Part shown: piece by piece, positions 37,663 through 51,274 of the stretch
Position numbering within the stretch: position 1 is the stretch's first letter
Layout: each line of letters starts with the position of its first letter
Assembly: GCA_013239625.1 (NCBI GenBank)
Contig: MU054391.1
Span: 9,581,095-9,645,094 of the forward strand
Length of the DNA: 64,000 nucleotides
Direction of reading: 5' to 3'
Source of the DNA: Lama guanicoe
Lineage: Eukaryota
Translations under genes and position numbers: made by a program
The notes under the pieces: model-generated
What the model was told of the DNA's origin: nothing
The model's database searches: none
The model's input: the letters and a program-made list of their open reading frames with translations, nothing else

Positions 37663-38025
37663 TGTCAGGCTGCACCAGAGGTCCAGCCCACGTCACAAAT
37701 CTAAACTGAAGTCAGCCAACACTTAGGGAGGCACCAGCAAAGAAACTGAACATATACACCAATCATAATCCTCCCGCTCACCTTAGGGAGCTCACCTTCC
37801 CCTAGAAAACAGGGCCTGCTCACCCCAACCCCCCAGCCAATCACGCCCTGTTTCCCTGGCTCCTACTCTAACATTCTTTAAAACTCACTCTTGCCCTAAA
37901 TCCAGCAGCAAGAGTTCCACTGCCAGTGAGGCACTGCACCCCACCAATCCATGAATTATCTCCCCTTGAACAGAGGACATCAAACTCATTATGAAACAGT
38001 TTCAGTTTTGTCATTACAACTGACA
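37663..38025 (+). mobile_element. Probable solo LTR, family not assigned
   Basis: Terminal inverted TGTCAG...CTGACA, two CCAAT boxes, TATA-like tttaaaa, U5-like cagttttgtcat end. Confidence 0.5.
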
Positions 38026-38109
38026 GCACTAATCTTTTATTTATCAAATGAGCACCTAGACTCTAAGCATATATGCCAAAATTCAGCTTAACCCAAAGAT
38101 CTTAAATTA

Positions 38110-38380
38110 TTTTCCCAAGAATGCTCTACAAGTCTGCTTAGATGTCACTTCCTTCTCTGGCATCTCCAGACTTTCTTCACTTACGAGGTGCCCCTCCTAC
38201 ATGTTCCTTTACTTGCCATTCTCTGAATACCAATTCACTGGAATTATCTTTTTAATAATCTACACCCTTTATCAGAACTTAAGCTCTTAGAGGACAGCAG
38301 ATGCTTCCTTGTTGAATTCTCAGTACCTAGCACCAAGTCTTGCACACAATAGGGCAGAAATATGTATCCTCAATGAAACT
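38110..38380 (+). mobile_element. LINE-2 3' end
   Basis: gcttagatgtcacttccttc...aagctcttagaggacag...tctcagtacctagcac...tgcacacaatagg. Confidence 0.55.
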
Positions 38381-39554
38381 AGCATAGATTCAATTCAGAA
38401 TGTAATTTTCAACTACAAGACAATTCAAAGCTACAACACCAATACTATTGGTATATTTAAGCCAAAAGGAAAAAAGTAAAAACTCTTTTATATTTTAATG
38501 AGGTACTGGAAACTTAAAATTACTTTCAATATCCCCAAGGGGAATATTTGTATTTTCTGGAAGAAAAAGTAAACATAACACAGAAAAAGTTAAGTGAAAC
38601 TTTTAAGATATGTCTCCCATTCATCTTCTTTCGTGTTTTAATGGTTTGAATAGGATCCAAAGCAAAGACTGGCCCAAGCTACCCTAAAAGGATTCTTTAA
38701 AAGACAGAACTTACAGCACTAAATTCATAATATTATTAGAAGAACACATTCGTGTTTTAGTAACAGTAACATGTAATACTATAAATGGAATAATACGTAA
38801 AAGTTTCTCAATAATAAATGCACTTATCACAATTAATATAAAACCTACTTCCTAGATAGTACTCTTGAAATGCTTGCATTTATTCAGAATATCTAAATCA
38901 AAAATGAAAAAGCCAGGTGTGATTTTTTTTTTAAGCTGATAACTTGGGTAGGTTATAAAGGTATTTTGCAGGCCTAACTGAAGCCTCCAATTGGCTAACT
39001 TAGCCTTGTAAGGGTCCACTGACTGCCATCATCTGACATCAAGAAAGGTAGAAACATAGGGTAAGAACAAAGGATTCAAAGTCAGAAACTTCTAAACTGT
39101 GAAATCTTCAATAAATTATTTAAATTTTTCTTCCTGTTTCCTTTCCTCACATGCAAAATGAGATTCATATGTCTGCTAGGACATATGAAGGACACAGTAA
39201 AAGGTAACTTAGATTAAGCATAGAAGTGTCAAATGAGAATTACTGTTGCTATTAATGTAAACTTTTATATGCAGATGGGTCAAATATGACCTTGAAGTCT
39301 ATAGTTCAATTATTTAACTGCTTTTAATTCTATAAAGTTCTAATTTGAGCAGATGGTTAAAATGAGAAGTATAAGCAAAAATAGGTTTGAAAAGAATGGT
39401 ATCTAGAAAAATATTATGAACAAAATGAAATTCACAGGGGGAGCAGCCAGGAGTACGGCCAGACCAGAAATCTATTAAAGAAAGTGATTCAGATGTTTAG
39501 CTTGAAGAAAATACTGACGGTGGCATGACAAGGCCTTGAGGATATGGAATAGAA

Positions 39555-40400
39555 TTTAAACTGGCCACCAATTCTTTGATCCTCCTTTCTGAAGATGGAG
39601 TTTAATGCTCTTCCCTTTGTAGGGGTGGGTGCTGGCCAGTGATTACTTCTAACAAACAGATTAAGGCATAAAGGACAGTGTGCGACTTCAAGAGCAGGTC
39701 ATGAAAGGCCGTACAGAGTCCTCCCTGCTCTCTCGTGGCAGCTGCTCTGGGAGAAACCCCAGGAGGTGCCGCGTGGAGAGGACACTCAGAAGCTCTATGG
39801 AGAGGTCCGTGTGGCAGGGAGCTGAGGCCTCTGACCACCAGCCAGGGAGGAACGGAGGCCTCTTCCAACAGCCACGTAAGCCAGCTCAGAAGCAGATCAC
39901 CAGGCCCAGTTAAGATTTCAGGCAGAGTCTGTAAACATTTCCCCGGAACTTGGGAGGGCCTGTGTGACTGCTTCCGTGAACAAGACATGATGGAAATGAA
40001 GCTCCCCAAATTCCAAGGCTAAATTATAGAAAAGGGCCATGAAGCTCTTCTTGGTTTCTCTTGGGATACTGGCTCTGGGAGACTTCAGCTACCATGTAAG
40101 ACATCTGAGTGCTCGGAGGCCACCTTGAGGAAAGACTACATAGCAGAGAAAGTCCCAACTACTCTACCCCCAGCTTTTTAAATCTTCTCAGCCCAGATGC
40201 CAGACATGTGAATAAAGCAGCCTTTACGATGAGCCCATCACTAGCCACTATATCTGACTGCAGTTTCATAAAAGACCCTAAACTGCCCGGCTAAGCCCAG
40301 TCAACCTCCAGAACCAGGACAGATAAAAAGCAATGACTGTGGTTATTTTAAGCCCCTAAGTTTGGGGGTGGTTTGTAAAGCAGCAATAAATAGCCAGAAC
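39555..40400 (+). mobile_element. MaLR LTR composite (MLT1F-like followed by MLT1G/H-like)
   Basis: ggtcatgaaaggcc...ctatggagaggtcc...gagctgaggcctc, then a second piece gctaccatgtaaga...ccagacatgtgaat...ttttaagcccctaagtttggggg...atagccagaaca. Confidence 0.75.
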
Positions 40401-41679
40401 ACTCTAGAAGCTTCAGATGCATGTCACTTGCCTTGTGATCCCTTTCTTAACACCACCCCACCCCCAGCAAAACATTAGGACTGCCTTTCTTCAACGTTTC
40501 AATTGCCTTTCTTTCTTCTGTAACAGTTGTTTACAGAAGCCATGTTCTACCATCACACCCTTCACTGTAGCATAATTCACTGCTTCCTCCGCCTCGAAGA
40601 TTCTAAACTCCCAGAGGCCAGCAGGTGTGTAACAGAACTGTGAATCCAAAGTACCCCTCAAAGTGATCGATCTTTACCCCTCTGCACTCCATTTCCTCGT
40701 CTGTGAAATGTGGCTAACAAGAGGCTGAAGGGTGCCGGCACACAGATGCCACTGACACGTATCAGCTATTATTATGTACGCTCAGGGGGCTCACAGTACG
40801 AATACTATGTTGAGTGAAATGTAGATACTGGTCTTATTCTTTGATGATACTGTGCTGAAGGCATAATATAGATTCCACATGGAAGTCTGAAATAGAGGTG
40901 GCCAAGTTGAAATGGTTCCAAGTACTAGAACTAAAACAGCTGCAATGAAGAAAAGAGGTCGAACACCGTGTGTTCTATGTGCTCTGCAGACTGAAGAAGA
41001 ACTTTAATTCCGTTAAAAATACCGGTTTGCCAGGATCACTGATATTCCTACTTCTATGTCAAAGTCGCAAGGACGAAAATGGAAATTAAGCCTAGTCGGT
41101 AGGTACTTGGAAAATGCAGGCAGCATCCCTGACTGCTTCATCAGTGTCTATGCACTGGATCCTTATGAAATTCTTCCCTGATTCTCAGAGTGCTTCAAAG
41201 TTTACACAGTGCTTTTAGAGCATTAACTCACTTAGGTCTCTTATAACCTGACAGGTGAAGCAAGGGGGTGTCATTCCTGTTTGACATCATTTAGCAAATG
41301 AATGGGATGGTCAAGACTGAAGCAGTCTTCTGACCCCACAACCTACTTCTCCCCAGCCATCCAAGATGAGCCTGATGGACCAGTCAGTGTCAGCATCCTT
41401 CCAAGGCTGCTGCAAGTCCAGAGGTAAAGATACTAACGTTATGCTTTCAGATAGGCTAGAAAAGGACAACTATACACTAAAATCTACTAAGACTACAGAC
41501 CTTAGGAAGAATTCTGTATATTGAGATTTTATATTAATAAACGTTTCCACTAGTTATGCTAAATATACATATTTAAAAGTTCTAGATATAAACAAATAAT
41601 CCTCTTTACCTTTTTTAAGCTAAAAATGGAATTTATTTCAACTTAAGTAAAAAAGAAAAAATTCGGGGGGTAGAAGTAT

Positions 41680-42055
41680 CTTTAAGCAGGATTAGATCCA
41701 GAAACATGTAAGATATTATTGGGGAATTTTCTTTCTCTCTCTCAAATGCATTTATTTTCAGAAAACTGATCAGGAAAGTGACTGCCAGAATCACCAAGGC
41801 TGTACCTTTATGACTTTCATTTGGAAAGAAAGAGCCTCTGTCTTCCTGTGTTCATACATCAAATGTCAAGAAAAATTTTGATTGGTTCTGCTTGAGTCAC
41901 ACGGTCAACCCTGAACTGGGTGGTGGATAGAATATTGTGGTCAACCACGTGGCAAAGCGTCTTGACTAGCCAGTCTAATGAGGTCACATGGGTTGGGAGA
42001 GGGATGGTGTCTCAAAAGAAGATCGCTCAGCAAACAGACAAACATGTCTAGTACA
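41680..42055 (-). mobile_element. Old MaLR LTR (MLT1K/L-like)
   Basis: tgattggttctgcttgagtcacacggtcaaccctgaac is typical of reverse-oriented old MLT1. Confidence 0.5.
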
Positions 42056-42847
42056 GGTAACTAGTGATTCAAATCAGCAGGGGGTTAGTGTTTACTCTTT
42101 TAGTTGAAATGGGAAGGTGACTGTCACAAAATTGTGCTAGATTCTTTTGAAAATCTTAAACTGCACATTTAAAATCTGTTTAAGAAGATAAGGACACGCT
42201 TGAAGATGTCCATCAGGTGGGATGCACAGAGGATGAGCCAAAAATACAAAAGAAAAGTATAAAGGGCTGGTGAGCAGAACAGCGTGAGACATGAAATGCG
42301 GAGTCAGAGAGACCTGCCCGGAAAGTCAGTCTGCTGTTTAACCCTGCTGAGCAGGACACTCAACTTCTCAGACCTTCAATTTCCCTTGTAAAATGGAAAG
42401 GACACATCATCACCACCATTTAACAGAAGATGAAGTAAGCTAATACAGGTGAAAACCCGATCAAATAGTAAATGCACACATTTTTCTAAGAAATGGTTTA
42501 GGTTCAAAAATATTACACACCGAATTTAGACACTGAAGGTGAACCGGTAGGGCTGGCTTGCTCTACATTAAGTTTTCTGGTTATAAATTGTAACCCTGAC
42601 GTCTGTTTCTGATCTCACAACCACTTCATGGGGCCCCAAATTAGCCTGTCCTCATTTAAAGAACAGAAGGTCCGAGCAGCTCAATACAGGTACACATTTT
42701 TATAGCATTCCCATCTTTCTAGAAAAGACAAATCCTGCCCAAAAGCAGCTCTCCTGATGCAGTTAAGCGTATATCCCAATGTTTTCCTAGGATGATGTCG
42801 AGAATAACACAGATCCCTTACTCTGCACTTTAGGATCCAAAACGTAC

Positions 42848-42961
42848 CTGCGACCCTCAGCAACTCAGCAAGGCCCAGAAGCTTGGTGGACTGTCTGTAG
42901 CAGGTGGGGGACTGGGAAATACACTCCTTGATGAGGCCGATCCGATCAGAGCACAATCGCA
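42848..42961 (-). CDS. NBAS: NBAS exon ~32 (114 nt): VRLCSDRIGLIKECISQSPTCYRQSTKLLGLAELLRVA
   Basis: Acceptor cttgcag|TG, donor CAG|gtacgt; phase 1 to 1; lies inside ORF-track entry 42681..43046. Confidence 0.96.
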
Positions 42962-43649
42962 CTGCAAGAGAAAGACACACTGAAGACTGTGGCCACGGAC
43001 AGAGTCCAGGGCATCGTGACCTTCCTAATTTAAGGCACTCGAACAAAATAAAACTATGTTAACCTCTAGGTCAATAATGATTAAGTAAAAGACACAATTT
43101 AAAAAAAAAGTTATTGTTGCTTCTGCATAAATGATATACAACATGGATCTTTTATCACCAAACTTCTGAAACACAGCAAATGAACTGGGATTCTGAAGCT
43201 AGGAGAAGTGTCATCTTTTCAAGCGCCACGCCAGATTAGGGAAAGCTCTACAGACGGCGGTGTCTGTCTCTGAAAACCTCACCCGCTTTCTGTCCTCCCA
43301 CCTGACCTCGACCCCCTGAAATCCACTCCCCGTTCCAAATATCCACTGTCCACCTCCACCTCGTCACCCCGTTCTGGAGGGCAGGAGTCCTCACTAGTCC
43401 AATTTATTAGCCTCTCTCCAAAAGCAGTCCCCATCTTCTCGCCTAAGCTACATGTTAGGAAAATAAAGTACATCTGATCACACCAACTCACACTGTGGAG
43501 TAGTTAAGCACACAAAGGGGAAAAAAAAAACGCCTCGAGTTAAAAGAGTTTTATGTATATACTAGAAAGGAGTGGTATCTATTTATGATAGAGGTGCCAA
43601 TCTTTGAGAAATACGTCACTACCTAGGAAGCTGGGACCCAATAAATACA

Positions 43650-43855
43650 ACAATTATCATGACAGCAGCTGACACTGGAAGAGTATGACCTGTGTCCCAG
43701 GCGCTGTTGTACGCACTTTACGTGAGTTAACCCAACAGGGCAGAACCTGAAAAGGCAGGTACTGTCATCCTCAGGGGAAGAAACTGAGGTGCAGAAGTTT
43801 AAGTACTTAGGCCAAAGTCACTGCAAGTGATGGGACCTGAATTAGATTCAGCTCC
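43650..43855 (-). mobile_element. MIR
   Basis: cctgtgtcccaggcgctgtt...gaagaaactgaggtgcagaagtttaagtactt...caaagtcac. Confidence 0.65.
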
Positions 43856-44037
43856 TTAAATGTTTCCACACCCCCATTCCTTTATCCATTCCTAAATCCA
43901 CGGCTACATTGCATACATCCTGTGTTCTCCCCAAACTACTTCTGGGTAGGTGGGAGGGGGCTAAGGAGTTGGGGACATAAAGGAGAAAGGGGGCAGCTTT
44001 TATTTGGAATGGGTTTTTTTTAGGGGGCGGGGTAAGT

Positions 44038-44300
44038 TTTCATTATGATTAAATTTCAAACTTACAGAAAGTTCGCAAGAATGGTCCAAAGAACTCCTCC
44101 ACAGTTTTTGCCAAGATTAACCAACTGTTAATAATTTCTCCATTCACACTTGCAATCATGCATGCCCTTCCTCCCTCCCGCTACACACACATGTATATTC
44201 ATAAATATATGTATCTACACACATCTATTTTTTTGAACCATTCGAGAGTAAGCTGCACGTATTGTGTCTTTTTGTCCCTAAATGCTTTAGTGTGTATTGG
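44038..44300 (-). mobile_element. L1MC-type 3'UTR, reverse orientation
   Basis: aaatttcaaacttacagaaag...ttttttgaaccattcgagagtaagctgca...ccctaaatgctttagtgtgtat. Confidence 0.65.
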
Positions 44301-44479
44301 GCTATTTTAAGATGTCTATTTACGCAGCTCGAGGTACAGCACTCCCGCTGTGGCCTTTACTATGAAGTCAAAGGTAGACGTAGCCTTCAGTTACTTACTT
44401 CACAATCACGACAGCTAACAGCTACATCCGAGCACAGCTTCTGAAGACTGTATTATTGTTCTCAGTATCCACTGCAATT

Positions 44480-44716
44480 ATTCATATCCCAAATACCCAC
44501 CTCACTAACTTCAGGCTTGGCACTTCTATGGGCAATGAAATGTGAGTGGAAGTGACACGCCCCTTCTGAGCAAAAGCTTAAGGGTCATCTCGGATTCCTC
44601 ATCTCTTCCCTCTGCTGACAGAACGCCACGTTTAAACTTCTCATATTGCTCTGAGATTTCTGAGGGTTTTTTTCTTTTCTAACCACAGAACAGTCAAACA
44701 AAAACTAACTGATACA
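44480..44716 (+). mobile_element. MaLR LTR fragment (MLT1I/J-like)
   Basis: ggcaatgaaatgtgagtggaagtgacac...ctgagatttctgaggg...actaactgataca. Confidence 0.55.
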
Positions 44717-45904
44717 ATACACTTCAAGTTTTTCCATAACTTTTCTCAATCAAAAAATTGTTTTTTTCCCTCTACATCTGCTATTTTGTGCTTTCCTCCT
44801 AGGATATATTTTAAGATGTGTATCACTACTTCAATATTTCAGATTCAGTAACTATAAGAAAGGTACCTTCTACATATTTCTAATTTGATTTTCAAAACAA
44901 TACCTGTCATAGATATTACTGTCACTCTATATATGTAAAAACCTGGGTTTTCACAGATGCTTCAGTGGCCTTGTTTGATGAGCTCTTGTATTCTTCTTAG
45001 ACAAACTCAAGGTTTAGTGACTCTCTAATAAGTGATTTCCTTCCTGTTACCACTCTTTCTAGCTCAATAAAATTAAGGTGGAAAACTGAAAACACACATA
45101 GTTACGGACCATCATTTTCTCACTTCCTTTTAATGGAACACTCAAGTTTGGTTCTTTGTCTGCTTGTTGCCCTAAGTACGGTATACCACTAACACTTCAA
45201 GTTCATTAAATACATTTGGGGAGTAGGATTCTAACAGAATGTAACTGCCATGTTAAAACGAGCTTTTACTTTATCTCTCCCTTAAGCCTCTGGACAACCA
45301 CTCAGTCGCTCCCTTTTACTTCTTACAATAGAACATGCTAAATTCTATTTCAAAATGTGATATCTTATGTAAATAAATTCAAGCTGTAGATGTTATCTTC
45401 CCATGAAGGGAAGAGGTCTCTGACTCCTAAAATTCCTTTTCAAAATGAAATGAATAAACATGAAAAGAAAATGCATGTATGAATCTTTTAATAACTGACG
45501 GTCGCTCAATTCCCTCTGGATCTCACAAATATTTTTTAAAAACTTCTATAAAACAAACACACCCACACAGACATATCCATCTCAGATATAAGAAGTATTT
45601 ATCGACCAGCTACTCACATGCCAAGCAGTCTCATCACGTTAGGAGGCGGGGACAGCACGTGTCCAGCAAACCACAGATGGAAAGTATCGATTTCAGCCAC
45701 TCACTAATGGCATCAGAGGCGCACAACATTTATAGTTACTCACGATGTTGAAGCACAAATTAGACCACGTAGGTGAGGAAGGAGATAATACGCCTGGGCC
45801 GGTCACTTAACTGATGAGTGAGAACACAGGCCCGAGTCTCCTTCTCAAAGAAACTTTTACTTTCACGCCTCTTCATCAGTAGAGCACTGTCCACTGTTAC
45901 AAAT

Positions 45905-46090
45905 GCAGTTCCTGAGCCAGACTACCTGGGTTTGAATTCTAGCTTCACCTCTAACTAGCTGTGGGACTGTAAGCAAGCTACTCAACTTTGATCTGGAGAA
46001 CGAAAACAGTAACAGTCATTATCTCGTAGGCTACTTGAGAGAGTTAATAGACACATGCAAAGCATATTCAGAACATAACAATCACTCAAT
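45905..46090 (+). mobile_element. MIR
   Basis: gagccagactacctgggtttgaattctagcttcacctctaactagctgtg. Confidence 0.7.
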
Positions 46091-46913
46091 TGTTATTATT
46101 ATTATTACTAATATAGGCACAGAAATGCTTAAGTATTGGACCCTGCAGTGTAAGGATTCTCAGTGTTTCAAGCTTTAACTCTCAGGACTAAGGACTATTT
46201 CATTATTATCTCCACCTGAGGAAGGTAAAGTTCAAAGAGGTTAAATTACAACAGAGCACAGCTCAAAGTGCTGAATCAGAATTTAAACTCAGACGTGACA
46301 CACGGGCATGAATGAGAAATGAAATGAAATGAGAATGAGAAAGCACGTAAGACCACTCTAAGTCTACATCCGTACGAGGACCCCCAAGTCTGAAAACAGC
46401 TGAAATGCCGCTGATGCTCTTAGCGCTCTTACAGTACCCCAGGCACTGCAAACATATGACTTCATCTTTGTAAGAAAGTCTATGAGACGCTTCTAACTAT
46501 GCCCTTCTCGTAAATGAGAAAAGTTAAACACCAAGAAAGGTTAAGACACGTGTCCAGCCACCCAGCAACAAGTGGCAAAATGTGCTCCAGGCTGGGTTTA
46601 ACACAAGGCTGCAAGGCTGGAAACCTGACTTACACTGTTGAAGGAAGAATACGGGAGACAACTGGAATACCCTAAATCGGCTCATTTGAATAGTAAGAAT
46701 AATTTACACACACACAAACGCCCCAGTTATAGGGGTGAGCACACACGTGTACACATGGAAACTCATCACAGGAGACTCTTACACATGGAGCCATTTTTAT
46801 ATGATATTTCTGATCCTGTTTTGATTTAACTCATGAACGATAACTTATCCAGTACCACTAGCCTTCACCTGATGAGAAACAGCAACTCCTGGAGTGTGGG
46901 CAAAGAAGGCTTC

Positions 46914-46947
46914 AAAAAAAAAAAAAAAAAAAAAAAGAAAAAAAAAA
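46914..46947. repeat. Long poly(A) run (about 33 A with one G)
   Basis: Seen directly. Confidence 0.9.
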
Positions 46948-48718
46948 GTGACAAAATGAACTATTGTACATTGACTGCAACAAAAATACCTGGACCATAA
47001 ATCTTTGAATACCAAGTTACTTTTTTGGCTGGTATTACTGATGGATACAAAAGCAGCATAAACCTGAATTATATCTGGCATAAACACAACCAACAGTATA
47101 CAAAAGGAATATTCCGCCCCCACATCCACAAGGTTTTCTGACAGACATTCTAACAGGAAACTCCAAATCAATATATCAAGCTGAAAAGCTGTCAGGACAT
47201 GAAAGTAAAATCCTTCTCTAGACCGGCTGCAGATACTGAAACCCATCCGCTGATCTGCAAACACTGCTAATTGAGCACCACAGAATAATCAGAGCACAAT
47301 GTAATTTTCAAAATTCAGTAGCATTTGGGAAACTGTTTTGTACTATCTCAATCTGCTTGGATAAATAACTAGCTAAAATAAGACTTGAAGCTATAATGGC
47401 TGGACCTAACAAGTGATATAAGACGGACAAAAGTTTCATAGTTCTCTGGACTCTCTCAGGGCTGAAAACTTCAATTAAAAATATGTGTCTCGGGGGACGT
47501 AGTTAATGATTTAAGATATCTGAGAATAAATCAGTAACTCTAATGAGTCCTCACAGTTTTAAGAAGATTTGAGCTCAAAAATTACATGCACAGTGCAACT
47601 GAATAAAATTTGCTGGTGATTTAACAATCACCTTGAATGTACTTGTTTAAGATGCTGCAGGGTATTTATAACCACATACAAATTATTTTCAAAAAGTGAT
47701 ATTCAAGGTAATAGTAATACTACCTATTACAAGTCTAATAAACTTGAGTGACAAACAGAACTTTAATTTTTAGTAAAACTGCAATGGAAATCCACATGAA
47801 AACATGAGAATGTCTCTACTGGCTCATCTTCCCTAAGATCCATTTGATTCAAAGCACCACCGAAGACAAAGACACCAAGGAACCTGTATCAGGCTGCCAT
47901 TGTCCAAAGAAACTAGAAGTTTAAAAAAAAAAAAAAAGAGAGAGAGAGAGGCAATTCTGGTAAAAATTTATTAAAAACCAGAGAGATGGAAGGAACTCAG
48001 CTATACTTTCCCCACCCTCAATTCCAAATATGTCCAGCGTTAAGACTAAACATAAGAGATTGCATGGGAACCAGCCAGGAATGCCTCTGATAACCTAGCT
48101 GCCTACTTCATTTGAGGCACTGAGGTCAAGGGTTTGAAGCAACAGAAAACCTCCCACCCACTTATCAGGCAAGGATCTGGACACCAGGAGATGCACAGGG
48201 CCCTCTCTGCACAAAGTACAAAAGGACAAGTGACCGGGTAACACAGCACGCTTGTTTTGGGTGGGACTAGCCTGACTTCTACCTTTAGGTAAAAGGACGT
48301 GAGCAATGTTAAGATACTGCTAGCAATTTAACTCTCAACAACAACTTCCTGTCATTCCCTCTTGTTAAAAAATATATATAGATTAAATTAAGGAATATTA
48401 CACAGTTAAGCATAAAAAGAAATAAACATTATCAGTTACAGCTACTTCTATATCTATGCAACTGAAACAAATAAACTGCAATTCAAAACTGATGTAAACC
48501 TGAAATGTTCATCCATAATCCCCCATTTCTACTTTCATTTTTATCCAACAGCCTCACTGCTGTTACCAACATTATTGGGAACTCGGACAGAGGATGGGAC
48601 CCGTTGCTAATGGATTAAACGACCAAAAGGACTCTTTGGTTTAAAAACCTAAAAAGGAACAACAGTAAACGGATGCAAAATAAGTTAGGGCATGTAACAC
48701 CTTAAGCAGAAAACTCAC

Positions 48719-48831
48719 CTTGCAAAGGGAGAATCTTCACACCAAATTCTTCAAGACACCCCAGGGCTTGGATAAGATCGAGCTCTTCTTCAACAGCAGC
48801 GGGCCTGTCTGTTATCAGCTGTAAGCAGCAC
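48719..48831 (-). CDS. NBAS: NBAS exon ~31 (113 nt): (R)CCLQLITDRPAAVEEELDLIQALGCLEEFGVKILPLQ
   Basis: Acceptor ccccag|G, donor AAG|gtgagt; phase 2 to 1. Confidence 0.96.
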
Positions 48832-48929
48832 CTGGGGAAAAAATATGTTACTTTGCCTTTTTTAAAAATATGTTTAGCTAAGTTGCCTTTCTATATTCAA
48901 TAACATGAGATCCAACACATATTTCTCGA

Positions 48930-49160
48930 AAACCTACTGCATTGCAGGTAATGCGCTAGAGGCTTTCTGGTATCTTGTTTAATCCTCACAGCAAGCCTGA
49001 GACAGGCAAATACCACCACTGGCTTTTTCAGGAAGCCAAAAAAGAAAAAACCTGAAGCTCAGAGAGGTGAAGTGATTTGCTCAGGGTTACAGGGAGAGTA
49101 CGCAATGGTATCGCAGTATAAAGCAAGGTACGGAAACTCTGTTTCATGCTCTCTTTACTG
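48930..49160 (-). mobile_element. MIR
   Basis: tttaatcctcacagcaagcctgag...ctgaagctcagagaggtgaagtgatttgctcagggttacag. Confidence 0.7.
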
Positions 49161-49739
49161 TTGACCCCAAAGATAATAATCATCTTACAAAGAATAATAA
49201 AACAAAAAATAGATGGAATTCAGATAATGTCCTGTTAGTTCTCTAAGGAAAACAGAAATACCTTCATTCAGTCACAACTGTGCTCTCAGAGGGAAAAAGA
49301 ATCACCTAAGAAACTGCGCAAGATTTTTCTGATTAAAAAAACAGTTGGTGACACAGTACTGAGATAAACACAGGAGAAAGCGATCTGATGATACAAGAAT
49401 TTGTGATACCTACAGAGTATTTCAAGCAAATTTTTTTAAACTCAGAGAAAATGTACTTTAATAAATATTTTAAGTTACGACAATCTTATTTTTCTGCCAG
49501 GTGCATGTAGAGTGTAACAATGGGGCATGAGACTAGAAAACACAGGCTCGGGCCATGAAAACCTAACAAATGCTACTCATGGACCATCAGATGAGGACAT
49601 TCAGGCCCCATCACCCACCTACATGATGAGTTACAGACACAGGCCTAGCTTGCTCTTGCAAAATTTTAGAATTTACATCAGACGAGCACTAACATATACT
49701 ACTATTGGTTCAAGTATGAACAGTATATAACCTACTTGT

Positions 49740-50210
49740 GCATCTACCAAAATTCTAACTGTCCCTGCCTTTGAACCCAGGAATTCCAGTTCTAGGAATT
49801 TACACTACAGACAGGCTCTCACAGGCACAGACTTAATTATGGATGTTCACTACCACCGTCTTTCCAAAATGAAAGAAAATAGACTCAATCAGGAACTAAC
49901 TAAATAAATTCTATAAAAGTCAAACCATCAAAAAAGAAAACAAACCTATATGTACTCATGTGGAAAAACCTTCAACGTAGACTGTAAGTTAATAAAACAA
50001 GATGAAGATGTTGTACAAGTAGTAAGGATTTATCGGTGATTTAAGAAAGAGGAGGGTAACATTTAATAAGAGTCTGGAAGGAAGATTTTAAGAACAGCTA
50101 AGGGAAAAAGGGCAACTAGAATGAGGAGAGAGACATTGTCAACATCTATCCTTCTGTATTTTTGAATATTTCATCTTGTGGGTGTATTGCTTCCTCAATT
50201 AAAAAAACTA
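49740..50210 (+). mobile_element. Old L1ME-like fragment
   Basis: tttgaacccaggaattccagttctaggaatttac...ggatgttcac...ctaactaaataaatt. Confidence 0.55.
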
Positions 50211-51274
50211 GTTAACAAATAATCATTTAATCAGTAGGCATGGATGGGGTATTTTCTAATTCAATAGAACTGTGAACAATTAAATATGCCTGCGCTCAAC
50301 GGTCACCGTTTGGTGCCATGCTACACACATATGACATTTTTTAAATTAAGGTGCATCACTGTGGGAGAAAAAGGAATGGAATGAAAGGGAAATACTGTAA
50401 GTATAGTTTTAAAAATGATCTCTGGGAACACCTGTCAAAAAGATTTAGGTCGAATATAGCTCCCAGTTTCTAAGGCTATTCTATTTGATATTTTCATCAT
50501 CTGAAATAGAAATACTATTCCATGGGAGAGAAGGAAAAAATGTACTAACTGTTTTAAACAACTTTGTCAAGTTCAATAACATCGTTTGAGAAAACATGAT
50601 TCTTTCTGTGATAAGATATCACTGGGGGAAAAAAGTTACCTTAAGTTTTGCTAGAGTTAAAACAACTACCAGTCCATTTGAGGGGAAAAATAAGATAGAT
50701 TGTATATAGTAAAAACTTGGCAACACAATTAAACCACAGGGCAAATGTCCCCTATGCAAAAAAGCTCCCAAGAATCAACAGTAAAAAGAGGAACATCAAA
50801 TTTCCTGTCCACAGGCCAGGAGAGGAAAAGAACTCGTGGTCCAGAAATTTCCACCTGGAACGGACTTTTGAGCTTCACTGTGTAATGAATCAGGTCCCCT
50901 GTCCCTACACAGAGCACAAGCTGTGGAAAGGATACAGGCGTCACCCAATCTGCTGAAATTTTCCAGAACCGGAATTTGCAGGCTATCACATGAATCTCTT
51001 CCAACAGGAGAAAAGTACAACCTTACAGATAATCAGCTGGAGTGACTGTGGGAAAGCAGGCTAGACACAAAGGGTCACAAGAAAGTTAATGAAGATTCAT
51101 GATGTAATTAAGGTTTCTTTCTATAGACAAGCAGTAAGTAACTGTCCCTCAGCCAGCAGAGTCAATCTGTACTTGTGATAACATATTTTGTAAAGTAGAG
51201 AATAAAACCAACCATGAAGGCTGTGTGTTCTGACTCCCCTCTCCCTCTCATGGAAGAATACAGACTTGCTCTAC

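Noticed and set aside
46914..46947. Long poly(A) as the tail of a retrocopy
   Set aside because: No recognisable SINE, L1 or mRNA body, polyA signal or TSD upstream; treated as a simple repeat.
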